Below are positions 1 through 10,913 of a stretch of 64,000 nt of DNA, piece after piece. How positions within the stretch are numbered: position 1 is the first letter of the stretch; each line of letters begins with the position of its first letter. The position numbers were made by a program, and so were the translations under genes. The notes beneath the pieces were generated by a model. It did no database searches, was not told the DNA's origin, and was given only the letters and a program-made list of their open reading frames with translations. This stretch comes from Escherichia coli. GTDB taxonomy: Bacteria > Pseudomonadota > Gammaproteobacteria > Enterobacterales > Enterobacteriaceae. The stretch is from the NCBI RefSeq assembly GCF_017348835.2, contig NZ_CP071375.1; one strand, given 5' to 3'.

Positions 1-505
1 CTCTTCTTCGAAGAAAGATCGCGGTAAAGGCGCGCTGATTGGCGCAGCAGCAGGCGCAGCTCTGGGCGGCGGCGTGGGTTATTACATGGATGTGCAGGAA
101 GCGAAGCTGCGTGACAAAATGCGCGGCACTGGTGTTAGCGTAACCCGCAGCGGGGATAACATTATCCTCAATATGCCGAACAATGTGACCTTCGACAGCA
201 GCAGCGCGACCCTGAAACCGGCGGGCGCTAACACCCTGACCGGCGTGGCAATGGTACTGAAAGAGTATCCGAAAACGGCGGTTAACGTGATTGGTTATAC
301 CGACAGCACGGGGGGTCACGACCTGAACATGCGTCTCTCCCAGCAACGTGCGGATTCCGTTGCCAGCGCGTTGATCACCCAGGGCGTGGACGCCAGCCGC
401 ATCCGTACTCAGGGCCTTGGCCCGGCTAACCCAATCGCCAGCAACAGCACCGCAGAAGGTAAGGCGCAAAACCGCCGCGTAGAAATTACCTTAAGCCCGC
501 TGTAA
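1..505 (+). CDS. yiaD: OmpA-like C-terminal domain lipoprotein YiaD, 5'-truncated by window edge
   Basis: Reading frame is open from position 2 and continues into the ORF ending at 505; OmpA-C-like motifs (NIILNMPNNVTFDSSSATL, RRVEITL) recalled from YiaD. Confidence 0.85.
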   Translation, partial: SSSKKDRGKGALIGAAAGAALGGGVGYYMDVQEAKLRDKMRGTGVSVTRSGDNIILNMPNNVTFDSSSATLKPAGANTLTGVAMVLKEYPKTAVNVIGYTDSTGGHDLNMRLSQQRADSVASALITQGVDASRIRTQGLGPANPIASNSTAEGKAQNRRVEITLSPL

Positions 506-608
506 TCCCTTTCATGCCAGGTGATGCAGAAATCACCTGGCATTCTTCAGTTTTCCTTCATCATATTTCAGGCTAAGGTGATCGCCTTATCAGTGAATGG
601 AGAGAAGC

Positions 609-1583
609 ATGAAGCCGTCCGTTATCCTCTACAAAGCCTTACCTGATGATTTACTGCAACGCCTGCAAGAGCATTTCACCGTTCACCAGGTGGCAAACCT
701 CAGCCCACAAACCGTCGATCAAAATGCAGCAATTTTTGCAGAAGCTGAAGGTTTACTGGGTTCAAACGAGAATGTAGATGCCGCATTGCTGGAAAAAATG
801 CCGAAACTGCGTGCCACATCAACGATCTCCGTCGGCTATGACAATTTTGATGTCGATGCGCTTACCGCCTGAAAAATTCTGCTGATGCACACGCCAACCG
901 TATTAACAGAAACCGTCGCCGATACGCTGATGGCGCTGGTGTTGTCTACCGCTCGTCGGGTTGTGGAGGTAGCAGAACGGGTAAAAGCAGGCGAATGGAC
1001 CGCGAGCATAGGCCCGGACTGGTACGGCACTGACGTTCACCATAAAACACTGGGCATTGTCGGGATGGGACGGATCGGCATGGCGCTGGCACAACGTGCG
1101 CACTTTGGCTTCAACATGCCCATCCTCTATAACGCGCGCCGCCACCATAAAGAAGCAGAAGAACGCTTCAACGCCCGCTACTGCGATTTGGATACTCTGT
1201 TACAAGAGTCAGATTTCGTTTGCCTGATCCTGCCGTTAACTGATGAGACGCATCATCTGTTTGGCGCAGAACAATTCGCCAAAATGAAATCCTCCGCCAT
1301 TTTCATTAATGCCGGACGTGGCCCGGTGGTTGACGAAAATGCACTGATCGCAGCATTGCAGAAAGGGGAAATTCACGCCGCCGGGCTGGATGTCTTCGAA
1401 CAAGAGCCACTGTCCGTAGATTCGCCGTTGCTCTCAATGGCCAACGTCGTCGCAGTACCGCATATTGGATCTGCCACCCATGAGACGCGTTATGGCATGG
1501 CCGCCTGTGCCGTGGATAATTTGATTGATGCGTTACAAGGAAAGGTTGAGAAGAACTGTGTGAATCCGCACGTCGCGGACTAA
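609..1583 (+). pseudogene. ghrB: Glyoxylate/hydroxypyruvate reductase B, interrupted by an in-frame TGA at 870..872
   Basis: ORFs 597..872 and 885..1583 are in the same frame and together match the ~324-aa 2-hydroxyacid dehydrogenase; the stop sits where I recall an Arg (…[14 protein letters not shown]…). Confidence 0.7.
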
Positions 1584-1632
1584 GCCGCGACTGCGTGGAG
1601 TAAAGCCCGATAATCGCTCGGGCTTTTACTCT

Positions 1633-2343
1633 TTATTGGGTTGCAGTAACTGCTGTAGTCCAGGCCTGATTAAACGCCTGATGTTGTGCCGGTAATGGCG
1701 CAATCAGTTTGTTATATTCACTTGCCTGCTGTGAAGTCGGGAACTGGATGCCATTTGCTACAAAGCTCACCTGAGTACCTTGTTGGGCAATGTAGTCTCC
1801 AACCATCACCAGTTGTTGCGTGAAAGTTTGTGCCGCCGGAATCAACGGTTGCAATGCATCAGCTGGCGTCGTTACCACTTTGGTGAATGCCTGATCAAAG
1901 ACCGGTTTCAGGTCATCACTCTGTTTTAGCGCAGAGTGCGCAGCATCGGCCTGCAACTTCGCATTTTGCAGTTGTTGCGCCAGCACACCCAGCGAACCAT
2001 TCATTTCACGCAGCGGACCGCTTTGCGTAACGTAATCCTGCGGTACGCGAATTGCGTTAACGCTGTCTACAACCGGGCGCAGACCGGAATCCATCGCCTG
2101 ATTCACCTGCTGAGAATAACCATACAGAATCGCGTAATCAGAGACAAAAGGACCAAACTGTTTTTTCTGATCGGCAGTCAGGGTTGGTAGACGTTCACCG
2201 CTACGCATCACTGTATTCTGCAGGAAGTCGATAAACGCTTTACGCTGATCGCCTTCTTTATCAAAACACCCACTCAGGCTAACTACCATTAATAACGCCG
2301 CAAGAGGCGCAAACCAGCGAGAGCAGGACTTTCCTGTCGCCAT
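1633..2343 (-). CDS. yiaF: Putative lipoprotein YiaF (DUF3053)
   Basis: ORF 1633..2463 trimmed to the internal Met (MATGKS…) preceding a signal peptide with lipobox LSGC; 236 aa as recalled. Confidence 0.8.
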   Translation of the reverse strand: MATGKSCSRWFAPLAALLMVVSLSGCFDKEGDQRKAFIDFLQNTVMRSGERLPTLTADQKKQFGPFVSDYAILYGYSQQVNQAMDSGLRPVVDSVNAIRVPQDYVTQSGPLREMNGSLGVLAQQLQNAKLQADAAHSALKQSDDLKPVFDQAFTKVVTTPADALQPLIPAAQTFTQQLVMVGDYIAQQGTQVSFVANGIQFPTSQQASEYNKLIAPLPAQHQAFNQAWTTAVTATQ

Positions 2344-2776
2344 TTTCTTACTCCTTTCACCCAAAAAAAGCGCACAACGACACACGCGTGTCTGACGTGA
2401 CAAGGATAGTCCAGGACAGGCTTGCAGGATACCCTTTCTACGTAATCTTCCTGGTAAAATCATGGAGAAAATGAAACAAGGTTAATTTGTTGTTTCATTG
2501 TTAAAAAATGATATTGCCGTTGCTTTTTTTGTAGCCAGAGATTTACGCCTTCGCAGAAGGTTAGATTTTCGAAATCTTTACAAACCAGGAGTGGTAAGAG
2601 ATATATCGGCATTTATCAGATCGTTAGGTGGCTATAAGTCACGCTAAATGACTGGCTGAATCGAATCATAGCCAGAGCATGCCCTGACTTCACCCCGCTG
2701 TGTCTGCTTTTCCCGACTATTCTTAATGAGCTTCGATGCAATTCACGATCCCGCAGTGTGATTTGAGGAGTTTTCA

Positions 2777-3067
2777 ATGGAATATAAAGATCCAATGCAT
2801 GAGCTGTTGAGCAGCCTGGAACAGATTGTTTTTAAAGATGAAACGCAGAAAATTACCCTGACGCACAGAACAACGTCCTGTACCGAAATTGAGCAGTTAC
2901 GAAAAGGGACAGGATTAAAAATCGATGATTTCGCCCGGGTTTTGGGCGTATCAGTCGCCATGGTAAAGGAATGGGAATCCAGACGCGTGAAGCCTTCAAG
3001 TGCCGAACTAAAATTGATGCGTTTGATTCAAGCCAACCCGGCATTAAGTAAGCAGTTGATGGAATAG
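2777..3067 (+). CDS. yiaG: XRE-type HTH transcriptional regulator YiaG
   Basis: 96-aa ORF with HTH segment (DDFARVLGVSVAMVKEWE); position between yiaF and cspA. Confidence 0.8.
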   Translation: MEYKDPMHELLSSLEQIVFKDETQKITLTHRTTSCTEIEQLRKGTGLKIDDFARVLGVSVAMVKEWESRRVKPSSAELKLMRLIQANPALSKQLME

Positions 3068-3119
3068 ACTTTTATCCACTTTATTGCTGTTTACGGTCCT
3101 GATGACAGGACCGTTTTCC

Positions 3120-3347
3120 AACCGATTAATCATAAATATGAAAAATAATTGTTGCATCACCCGCCAATGCGTGGCTTAATGCACATCAACGGTTTGACGT
3201 ACAGACCATTAAAGCAGTGTAGTAAGGCAAGTCCCTTCAAGAGTTATCGTTGATACCCCTCGTAGTGCACATTCCTTTAACGCTTCAAAATCTGTAAAGC
3301 ACGCCATATCGCCGAAAGGCACACTTAATTATTAAAGGTAATACACT
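3120..3347 (+). promoter_or_regulatory. cspA promoter (-35 TTGCAT 3152..3157, -10 CTTAAT 3175..3180) and ~159-nt 5'UTR
   Basis: Hexamers with 17-bp spacing read directly; a long leader starting near ACGGTTTGACG (3189) is the known cspA cold-shock UTR. Confidence 0.7.
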
Positions 3348-3560
3348 ATGTCCGGTAAAATGACTGGTATCGTAAAATGGTTCAACGCTGACAAAGGCTT
3401 CGGCTTCATCACTCCTGACGATGGCTCTAAAGACGTGTTCGTACACTTCTCTGCTATCCAGAACGATGGTTACAAATCTCTGGACGAAGGTCAGAAAGTG
3501 TCCTTCACCATCGAAAGCGGCGCTAAAGGCCCGGCAGCTGGTAACGTAACCAGCCTGTAA
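3348..3560 (+). CDS. cspA: Cold shock protein CspA
   Basis: 70-aa [24 protein letters not shown]… matching CspA. Confidence 0.97.
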
Positions 3561-3587
3561 TCTCTGCTTAAAAGCACAGAATCTAAG

Positions 3588-3617
3588 ATCCCTGCCATTT
3601 GGCGGGGATTTTTTTAT
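3588..3617 (+). terminator. Rho-independent terminator of cspA
   Basis: GC hairpin ATCCCTGCC/GGCGGGGAT followed by a T7 run. Confidence 0.7.
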
Positions 3618-3747
3618 TTGTTTTTCAGAAAATAAATAATCGATCGCGTAATAAAATCTAGTATTATTTTTGTGAAAAATAAATTTGGGTGCAATGAGAA
3701 TGCGCAACGCCGTAAGAAAGGCGGGAATAACTTCCCGCCGAAGACTC

Positions 3748-3900
3748 TTACTCTTTCAAATTGCAGGCTAAAAATGCCGCCAGCTCATAACTCCCCTGTT
3801 TAATATGCAATTCACACAGTGAATCTCTTATCATCCAGGTGAAAAATAAAAGCGTGAAACAAATCACTATTAAAGAAAGCAATCTATATTTCTGCGGCAT
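3748..3900 (-). CDS. hokA: Hok-family membrane toxin (type I toxin-antitoxin), intact 50-aa ORF
   Basis: Minus-strand translation from 3900 gives MPQKYRLLSLIVICFTLLFFTWMIRDSLCELHIKQGSYELAAFLACNLKE*; below the ORF-track cutoff, found manually. Confidence 0.85.
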   Translation of the reverse strand: MPQKYRLLSLIVICFTLLFFTWMIRDSLCELHIKQGSYELAAFLACNLKE

Positions 3901-3949
3901 TCCCAGCCCCCTGTGTGTGTAAGTTCACAGAGATATTGCAATTGCCTCC

Positions 3950-5100
3950 GGATAAGTAAGGGGAGATTGCACTATGCAAATGCAGCATCTGATGGTTGGC
4001 TATCCTAAGTACTACCAAACGGCCGATTATGCGTTGAGGCTTTCAGTGATGGCTGATATAGCAACAATGAGAATGAAGGCTCTGCACTTCTGGGATAAAC
4101 ACGGTATTTCTGCAGCTTCTGAAGCCTTTGGCGTGTCCTGCCGCACGCTTTACTGGTGGCGTCAGTTACTGAACAAGGAAGGACCTGAGGGGCTAATCCC
4201 GCACAGTAAGGCACCTCTGGTGCGACGAAAAAAACACTGGCATCCCGATGTGCTGAAAGAGATTCGACGCCTCAGGACAGAGCTGCCGAACCTCGGTAAA
4301 GAGCAGATTTTTGTTCGCCTGAAGCCCTGGTGCGAACAGCGCTATCTGGCCTGTCCGAGTGTTTCCACCATCGGCAGAATGATCGCTGCCGCACATGATA
4401 AAATGCGGATGATACCTGTGCGTCTGGGATCGCGGGGGAAGGCACTGCTTGTCAAAAAGCGGTCTGCCAAACCCCGCAGGCCAAAGCACTACCGCCCGGT
4501 AAAGACAGGTGAGCTCATTGGGATGGACGCCATTGAGCTCAGAATGGGCGAACTGCGTCGCTATGTCATCACCATGATCGACGAATGCAGCAATTACGCG
4601 CTGGCGCTGGCTGTGCCGTCACTCAACAGTGATATCGTCAATCACTTCTTCAGCCGCGCAGCCCGGTTGTTCCCGGTCGGTATCAGCCAGATAATCACAG
4701 ATAACGGAAAAGAGTTCCTGGGAAACTTCGACAAAACGCTGCAGGAAGCCGCTATCAAACACCTCTGGACCTATCCCTACACGCCAAAAATGAACGCTAT
4801 CTGTGAACGTTTTAACCGGACGTTAAGAGAGCAGTTTATTGAATTTAATGAGATTTTACTCTTTGAAGATCTGGCGCTATTTAACCAGAAGCTGGCGGAA
4901 TATCTGGTGCTGTATAACAGCAAAAGACCCCACAAGGCGCTCGCACTAATGACGCCCGTGGAATATATTTTAAAAGAGAATAAAAATTGCAATATGTGGT
5001 GGACCCATACAGTGTGTTGATTTCCAACGAGTAAGAGGCTAACCTTATGGTGTCTATGCATAGAGGGGCCTCACTTTGATTTATAGTCAGGTGGGGCTTT
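3950..5100 (+). mobile_element. Putative IS481-family-like insertion sequence; boundaries not resolved
   Basis: Single-ORF DDE transposase in the place K-12 carries IS150; I could not identify terminal inverted repeats by eye, so the ends are approximate. Confidence 0.3.
3974..5020 (+). CDS. DDE-type transposase/integrase (rve core; IS481-family-like)
   Basis: 348-aa ORF with N-terminal HTH-like segment and integrase core motifs (GMDAIE…ITDNGKEF…YPYTPKMNAICERFNRTLRE); true start may be a downstream Met. Confidence 0.7.
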   Translation: MQMQHLMVGYPKYYQTADYALRLSVMADIATMRMKALHFWDKHGISAASEAFGVSCRTLYWWRQLLNKEGPEGLIPHSKAPLVRRKKHWHPDVLKEIRRLRTELPNLGKEQIFVRLKPWCEQRYLACPSVSTIGRMIAAAHDKMRMIPVRLGSRGKALLVKKRSAKPRRPKHYRPVKTGELIGMDAIELRMGELRRYVITMIDECSNYALALAVPSLNSDIVNHFFSRAARLFPVGISQIITDNGKEFLGNFDKTLQEAAIKHLWTYPYTPKMNAICERFNRTLREQFIEFNEILLFEDLALFNQKLAEYLVLYNSKRPHKALALMTPVEYILKENKNCNMWWTHTVC

Positions 5101-5281
5101 TCTCTGTCTGCCTTTCGGTGAATACCTGAGACAAACAGTCTCAAGCACCTGTGGCTATTCTAGCTTAATAAGTTTGTTTCTTCTCCTTGATATTATCCTA
5201 AAAAAATCTCATAAAATTAATATATGAGATAATCTTTATTCAGCAGAAGATTATTAAAGGTTGCTGTATTATTTAGCGATA

Positions 5282-5312
5282 AAAAAAGCCTGCCAGATGG
5301 CAGGCTTTTTAA
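5282..5312 (-). terminator. Hairpin terminator downstream of glyS
   Basis: AAGCCTGCC-AGAT-GGCAGGCTT palindrome flanked by A/T runs. Confidence 0.7.
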
Positions 5313-5323
5313 TAACGGCGTTA

Positions 5324-7393
5324 TTACTGCAACAGCGAAATATCCGCAACGCGCAGGAACAGTTCGCGCAGTTTCTCCAGCATGGTCAGACGGTTGATAC
5401 GCAATTCTTTGTCATCAACCATGACCATCACTTTATCGAAGAAGGCATCGACCGGTTCACGCAGCTCTGCCAGTTCGACCAGCGCATCCTGGTAACGACC
5501 TTCCGCAAAGTACGGCTCCAGCTTGTCACGTAGCACCACAACCTGCATCGCCAGTTTAATTTCTTCCGGCTCTTTCAGAGTAGAGGCATTCACGCGATCG
5601 CTCAGCACTTCGTCAGATTTCGCCAGGATGTTAGATACACGTTTGTTCGCCGCCGCCAGTGCTGCAGCTGCTTCCAGGGTACGGAAGTGCGATACCGCTT
5701 TCATGCGGGCATCGAAATCAGCCGGACGAGTCGGACGACGCGCCAGTACCGCCTGGATGGTGTCAACGGTATAACCTTCGTCCTGATACCAGGCGCGGAA
5801 GCGACCGAGCATAAAGTCGATAACATCATCAACTACGTTGGCATTAGTCAGCTTATCGCCATACAGACGCACCGCTTCTTCGGTCAGCGTTTGCAGATCA
5901 AGGTTGAGGTTCTTCTCAACGATAATTCGCAGCACGCCAAGTGCGGCACGACGCAGCGCAAACGGGTCTTTGTCGCCTTTCGGATGCTGACCGATACCGA
6001 AGATACCCGCCAGAGTATCCATCTTATCAGCAATCGCCAGCGCACAAGCTACCGGGTTGGACGGCAGGTCATCACCGGCAAAGCGCGGCTGATACTGCTC
6101 ATTCAGCGCGACGGCTACGTCTTCCGCTTCGCCATCGTGACGCGCGTAGTGCATCCCCATAACGCCTTGGGTGTCGGTGAACTCGAAGACCATGTTGGTC
6201 ATCAGGTCACACTTAGACAGCAGGCCCGCACGGGTTGCGTGGTTAACGTCAGCGCCAATCTGTTCGGCGATCCAGCCAGCCAGCGCCTGGATGCGGTCAG
6301 TCTTGTCACGCAGCGTACCCAGCTGTTGCTGGAACAGCACGGTTTGCAGGCGCGGCAGGTTATCTTCCAGACGTTTTTTACGGTCGGTGTTGAAGAAGAA
6401 CTCGGCATCAGCCAGACGTGGACGAACGACTTTCTCGTTACCAGAGATAATTTGCTGCGGATCTTTCGATTCGATGTTGGCAACGAAGATAAAGTTCGGC
6501 AGCAGTTTGCCGTCGTTCGCATACACCGGGAAGTACTTCTGGTCACCTTTCATGGTGTAAACCAGCGCTTCAGACGGCACAGCGAGGAATTTCTCTTCAA
6601 ATTTCGCGGTCAGAACGACCGGCCACTCCACCAGCGAAGCCACTTCTTCCAGCAGGCTTTCGCTTAAGTCAGCGTTACCGCCAATCTTACGCGCTGCTTC
6701 TTCGGCATCGGCTTTAATCTTCGCCTTACGTTCTTCGTAATCGGCGATGACTTTCCCGCGCTCACGCAGAATTTCCGGATACTGATCGGCGTTATCGATG
6801 GTGAATTCCGGCTCGCCCATAAAGCGGTGGCCGCGAATCACGCGATCGGACTGAATGCCCAGAATGGTTGCCGGAATGACTTTGTCGCCCAGCAGCAGGG
6901 TCACGGTGTGCACCGGACGCACGAAGTGCACGTCGCTTGCACCCCAGCGCATCAGTTTCGGAATCGGCAGTTTCGCCAGCGAAGTCGCAACCATATTCGG
7001 CAGCAGTGCTTCAGTGCTTTCGCCCTTCACATGGGCGCGATACAGCAGCCATTCGCCTTTATCGGTAGTCAGACGCTCAGCCTGGTCAACGGTAATACCG
7101 CAACCACGCGCCCAACCTTCTGCCGCTTTGCTCGGTTTGCCTTCAGCGTCGAACGCCTGGGCAATCGCCGGGCCGCGTTTTTCGATTTCACGATCCGGTT
7201 GCGCTTCCGCCAGGTTAGCTACTTTCAGCGCCAGACGACGCGGAGCAGCAAACCATTGAACGGTGCCGTGTGCGAGGCCTGCGTTATCCAGCTCCGCAGT
7301 AAAGTTCGCAGCAAAGGACTCTGCCAGGCTGCGCAGTGCTTTTGGTGGCAGCTCTTCAGTGCCGATTTCCACCAGAAAAGTTTTCTCAGACAT
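5324..7393 (-). CDS. glyS: Glycine--tRNA ligase beta subunit
   Basis: 689-aa [23 protein letters not shown]…; adjacent to glyQ. Confidence 0.97.
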   Translation of the reverse strand: MSEKTFLVEIGTEELPPKALRSLAESFAANFTAELDNAGLAHGTVQWFAAPRRLALKVANLAEAQPDREIEKRGPAIAQAFDAEGKPSKAAEGWARGCGITVDQAERLTTDKGEWLLYRAHVKGESTEALLPNMVATSLAKLPIPKLMRWGASDVHFVRPVHTVTLLLGDKVIPATILGIQSDRVIRGHRFMGEPEFTIDNADQYPEILRERGKVIADYEERKAKIKADAEEAARKIGGNADLSESLLEEVASLVEWPVVLTAKFEEKFLAVPSEALVYTMKGDQKYFPVYANDGKLLPNFIFVANIESKDPQQIISGNEKVVRPRLADAEFFFNTDRKKRLEDNLPRLQTVLFQQQLGTLRDKTDRIQALAGWIAEQIGADVNHATRAGLLSKCDLMTNMVFEFTDTQGVMGMHYARHDGEAEDVAVALNEQYQPRFAGDDLPSNPVACALAIADKMDTLAGIFGIGQHPKGDKDPFALRRAALGVLRIIVEKNLNLDLQTLTEEAVRLYGDKLTNANVVDDVIDFMLGRFRAWYQDEGYTVDTIQAVLARRPTRPADFDARMKAVSHFRTLEAAAALAAANKRVSNILAKSDEVLSDRVNASTLKEPEEIKLAMQVVVLRDKLEPYFAEGRYQDALVELAELREPVDAFFDKVMVMVDDKELRINRLTMLEKLRELFLRVADISLLQ

Positions 7394-7402
7394 AGCCGCC
7401 TC

Positions 7403-8314
7403 TTACTTATCTTTGTTGCACATCGGGAAGCCGAGGGCTTCACGGGAAGCGTAATATGCTTCTGCCACTGCTTTGGTCAGGGTGCGAATGCGCAGAATGT
7501 AGCGCTGACGCTCGGTGACGGAGATGGCTTTACGCGCATCCAGCAGGTTGAAGCTGTGGGCGGCTTTCAGAATACGCTCGTAAGCTGGCAGCGGCAGCGG
7601 ATTTTCCAGCGCCAGCAGCTGCTGAGCTTCTTTCTCGTACTGCTCAAAGCAGGTGAACAGGAAGTCCACGTCCGCGTATTCGAAGTTGTAAGTGGACTGC
7701 TCCACTTCGTTCTGATGGAACACGTCGCCGTAGGTGGTTTTACCCAGCGGGCCGTCGCTCCAGACCAGGTCGTAAACGCTGTCTACGCCCTGAATGTACA
7801 TGGCCAGACGTTCCAGACCGTAGGTGATCTCGCCGGTAACCGGTTTACACTCCAGACCACCAACCTGCTGGAAGTAAGTGAACTGCGTCACTTCCATGCC
7901 GTTTAGCCACACTTCCCAGCCCAGTCCCCAGGCACCCAGCGTCGGGTTTTCCCAGTTATCTTCCACGAAACGGATATCGTGGATAGTCGGGTCCATGCCC
8001 AGCTCTTTCAGAGAACCAAGGTACAGCTCCTGAATATTGTCCGGCGATGGCTTAATGACCACCTGGAACTGATAGTAGTGCTGTAAACGGTTGGGGTTTT
8101 CGCCGTAGCGACCATCGGTCGGGCGACGAGAAGGCTGAACATAAGCAGCCGCCATCGGTTCTGGCCCCAGCGCGCGCAGACAGGTCATTGGGTGAGAGGT
8201 TCCCGCGCCGACTTCCATGTCCAATGGTTGAACAATGGTGCAGCCCTGGCGAGCCCAGTAATCCTGTAAGGTCAGGATCAAGCCCTGGAAGGTCCTGGTA
8301 TCAAACTTTTGCAT
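7403..8314 (-). CDS. glyQ: Glycine--tRNA ligase alpha subunit
   Basis: 303-aa [28 protein letters not shown]…. Confidence 0.97.
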
Positions 8315-8408
8315 ATTATTTCGTGCTGGATACGTGTGGATTTAAAGGAAGGGATCAGTATACCCGCTGGATGGAAGATATACAGTATGAAACGGGAAAA
8401 AGCAGGGC

Positions 8409-8708
8409 TTAACGCATGGAAAGATGCAAAAAATGGCCATCTGCGTCAAAAGAACAGACAAACTGCTCTTTACGGAAGGTATAACCGCGCATTTCATAGC
8501 TTCCCTGGAACTGTTCGAAGGCGGTGACGTCGATTTTTTGCTCGCCGGTGTTATAACGTTTTGCCGCCTGATCCTTGCATAACGCTTCCATATTCAACGA
8601 ACGCAGAGGATCAACCTTTACCCGTTGTGCTTTCTGCACGGGTGACGGTGTAGAACAACCCACTAGCACCATAAGCGCCATTGCCGGAAAGAAAGCGTTC
8701 ATCATCAT
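8409..8708 (-). CDS. ysaB: Lipoprotein YsaB
   Basis: 99-aa ORF with signal peptide and lipobox (LVGCS); position downstream of glyQ. Confidence 0.8.
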   Translation of the reverse strand: MMMNAFFPAMALMVLVGCSTPSPVQKAQRVKVDPLRSLNMEALCKDQAAKRYNTGEQKIDVTAFEQFQGSYEMRGYTFRKEQFVCSFDADGHFLHLSMR

Positions 8709-8882
8709 TAAATTACCGTCTGGTTTGCAGGTGAGTCTTATTATTTATATCGGTATAGTGGCTGATATCTTACGAATTTCCTTAAGCCTCTATAAGCTGT
8801 AGTGTTAAAACTCAGATTATTCCAGTGCGCCAACTGAATGATTTATCGGTCAGACTTTTTTTAACCAGATACAGAGACACAG

Positions 8883-9878
8883 ATGCAGCCCAAAATTTAC
8901 TGGATTGATAACCTGCGAGGGATAGCGTGTTTAATGGTGGTGATGATTCACACCACTACCTGGTATGTGACCAATGCTCATAGTGTTAGCCCCGTCACCT
9001 GGGATATCGCCAATGTTCTGAACTCTGCCTCTCGTGTCAGCGTGCCGCTATTTTTCATGATTTCCGGCTATCTCTTTTTTGGCGAACGCAGCGCCCAGCC
9101 GCGCCATTTCTTGCGTATCGGCTTATGTCTGTTTTTTTATAGCGCAATCGCGCTGCTCTACATTGCACTGTTTACCTCCATTAATGTGGAGTTAGCGCTG
9201 AAAAACCTGCTGCAAAAGCCAGTGTTTTACCACTTATGGTTTTTCTTCGCGATTGCGGTGATTTATCTGGTTTCACCGCTGATTCAGGTAAAGAACGCCG
9301 GCGGAAAAATGTTGCTGGTGCTAATGGTGGTGATTGGTATCATCGCTAACCCAAACACCGTGCCGCAGAAAATCGACGGTTTTGAATGGCTGCCAATTAA
9401 CTTATATATCAATGGCGATACTTTTTACTACATTCTGTATGGCATGTTGGGCCGCGCTATAGGGATGATGGACACACAGCATAAAGCACTGTCGTGGGTG
9501 AGCGCCGCACTGTTTGCGACGGGAGTTTTTATTATCTCTCGCGGGACATTATATGAATTGCAGTGGCGCGGAAATTTTGCCGATACCTGGTATCTTTACT
9601 GTGGGCCGATGGTTTTTATCTGCGCAATCGCGCTATTGACTCTGGTTAAAAACACGCTGGATACGCGTACCATTCGCGGACTTGGCTTAATCTCCCGCCA
9701 TTCGTTGGGTATATACGGATTCCACGCCTTGATTATCCATGCGCTGCGCACCCGGGGAATTGAGCTTAAAAATTGGCCAATACTGGATATTATTTGGATC
9801 TTTTGCGCAACGTTGGCAGCGAGTTTGTTACTTTCTATGCTGGTACAACGAATCGACAGAAACAGATTAGTGAGTTAA
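8883..9878 (+). CDS. wecH: O-acetyltransferase WecH (acyltransferase-3 family membrane protein)
   Basis: 331-aa polytopic membrane ORF; position and length match wecH (yiaH). Confidence 0.85.
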   Translation: MQPKIYWIDNLRGIACLMVVMIHTTTWYVTNAHSVSPVTWDIANVLNSASRVSVPLFFMISGYLFFGERSAQPRHFLRIGLCLFFYSAIALLYIALFTSINVELALKNLLQKPVFYHLWFFFAIAVIYLVSPLIQVKNAGGKMLLVLMVVIGIIANPNTVPQKIDGFEWLPINLYINGDTFYYILYGMLGRAIGMMDTQHKALSWVSAALFATGVFIISRGTLYELQWRGNFADTWYLYCGPMVFICAIALLTLVKNTLDTRTIRGLGLISRHSLGIYGFHALIIHALRTRGIELKNWPILDIIWIFCATLAASLLLSMLVQRIDRNRLVS

Positions 9879-9919
9879 GTAAAAGCCCGGTCACATTGGA
9901 CTGACCGGGCTTACGTGAG

Positions 9920-10357
9920 TTATTCACTGTATTCTTCCTGGGTAACCTGTGTTTCTTTTGGTGGGTTTATTCCGGCATCACGAATATTTTTCTGCACCGC
10001 TACTGCACCAAACAAGCTCAAGAAGAAAGCCAGTCCATAAAAACCCTTTTCGCTGAGTAATAATGTCGCATTCCACAGACCTACCATCAGTAATGCAACA
10101 GAGATAATAAAGACAGTCAGGCAGGTCATATAATAAATGGAAGTGGTCGGTATGCCTTCATACTTGTCCCGAACGGTCTTTTGATAAGACGCCGCAGAAA
10201 ACAGTCCTAATACCAGTACGGCAAAATAATATCCTTTTTCATTTAACTGCATCTCTGCATTCCATAGCCCTAACAGATAGGTAACGATACCACCAACGAG
10301 AGCTATCCATGACACAATACTAAAGGCCGGTGAATAGGTTGATATTTTGTTGTCCAT
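9920..10357 (-). CDS. yiaA: Inner membrane protein YiaA
   Basis: ORF trimmed to [12 protein letters not shown]… (145 aa); internally duplicated membrane protein, paralogous to yiaB. Confidence 0.85.
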
Positions 10358-10402
10358 CACAGTATTCCTTTCATTCCTGAATGTGTAAGAGCTTTATGTT
10401 GC

Positions 10403-10744
10403 TCATACCGAGCGAAACAAACGCATTTGACCAAACAAGCAGACAAAAAAGGCGATGGGGTAGATCACCATTTCATAAGCATTGATAGGTGCATTTAAAA
10501 CACCGATAAACAAGAGACCGATAGTGATTAACGCAACTAACTGGCAAATATGGGTAAAAAAATTATCCAGTTGCCCGAGTTTTTCTGCGCGAAGATATGC
10601 ATAGTTGCCAAAAGTTGCTGTCATTAACACGCCAAGAAAATAGCCTTTTCCACTCAACAATGGGCATGAGATCCATAGCCCAACCAGATAAACCAGCGCC
10701 CCGACAACAAATAATAGTTTTGCCACAGTTTTTGAGGTTTTCAT
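10403..10744 (-). CDS. yiaB: Inner membrane protein YiaB
   Basis: ORF trimmed to MKTSKTVAKLLFVVG… (113 aa). Confidence 0.85.
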   Translation of the reverse strand: MKTSKTVAKLLFVVGALVYLVGLWISCPLLSGKGYFLGVLMTATFGNYAYLRAEKLGQLDNFFTHICQLVALITIGLLFIGVLNAPINAYEMVIYPIAFFVCLFGQMRLFRSV

Positions 10745-10913
10745 AACGATCTCCATATCTACCAGCGATACATTACGAGTAACCAACGAAAGACAAAACT
10801 GAAAAATGCCATTAACAAATGATTTTCAGAATAAATTCATACTAAATATTAATTAATTGCTGAGATATATAGATGTGAATTATCCCCCACCTGGTCAGGC
10901 AGGGGATAACGTT

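Noticed and set aside
870-872. Selenocysteine recoding of the TGA codons in ghrB (and rhsA at 43450..43452), given that selAB are in the window
   Set aside because: No SECIS-like hairpin immediately downstream of either TGA, and the homologous positions as I recall them are ordinary sense codons (Arg, Leu); a nonsense mutation or sequencing error is more parsimonious.
3901-3973. Sok-like antisense RNA gene upstream of hokA
   Set aside because: Expected by analogy with hok/sok loci, but I cannot identify a promoter or terminator confidently in this 73-bp segment, and the adjacent IS may have disrupted it; not called as a feature.
5687-7906. Long plus-strand ORFs (326 aa, 359 aa and others) overlapping glyS
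   Set aside because: Antisense to a well-supported, highly conserved glyS CDS; no recognisable domains; typical spurious ORFs on the opposite strand of a high-GC gene.
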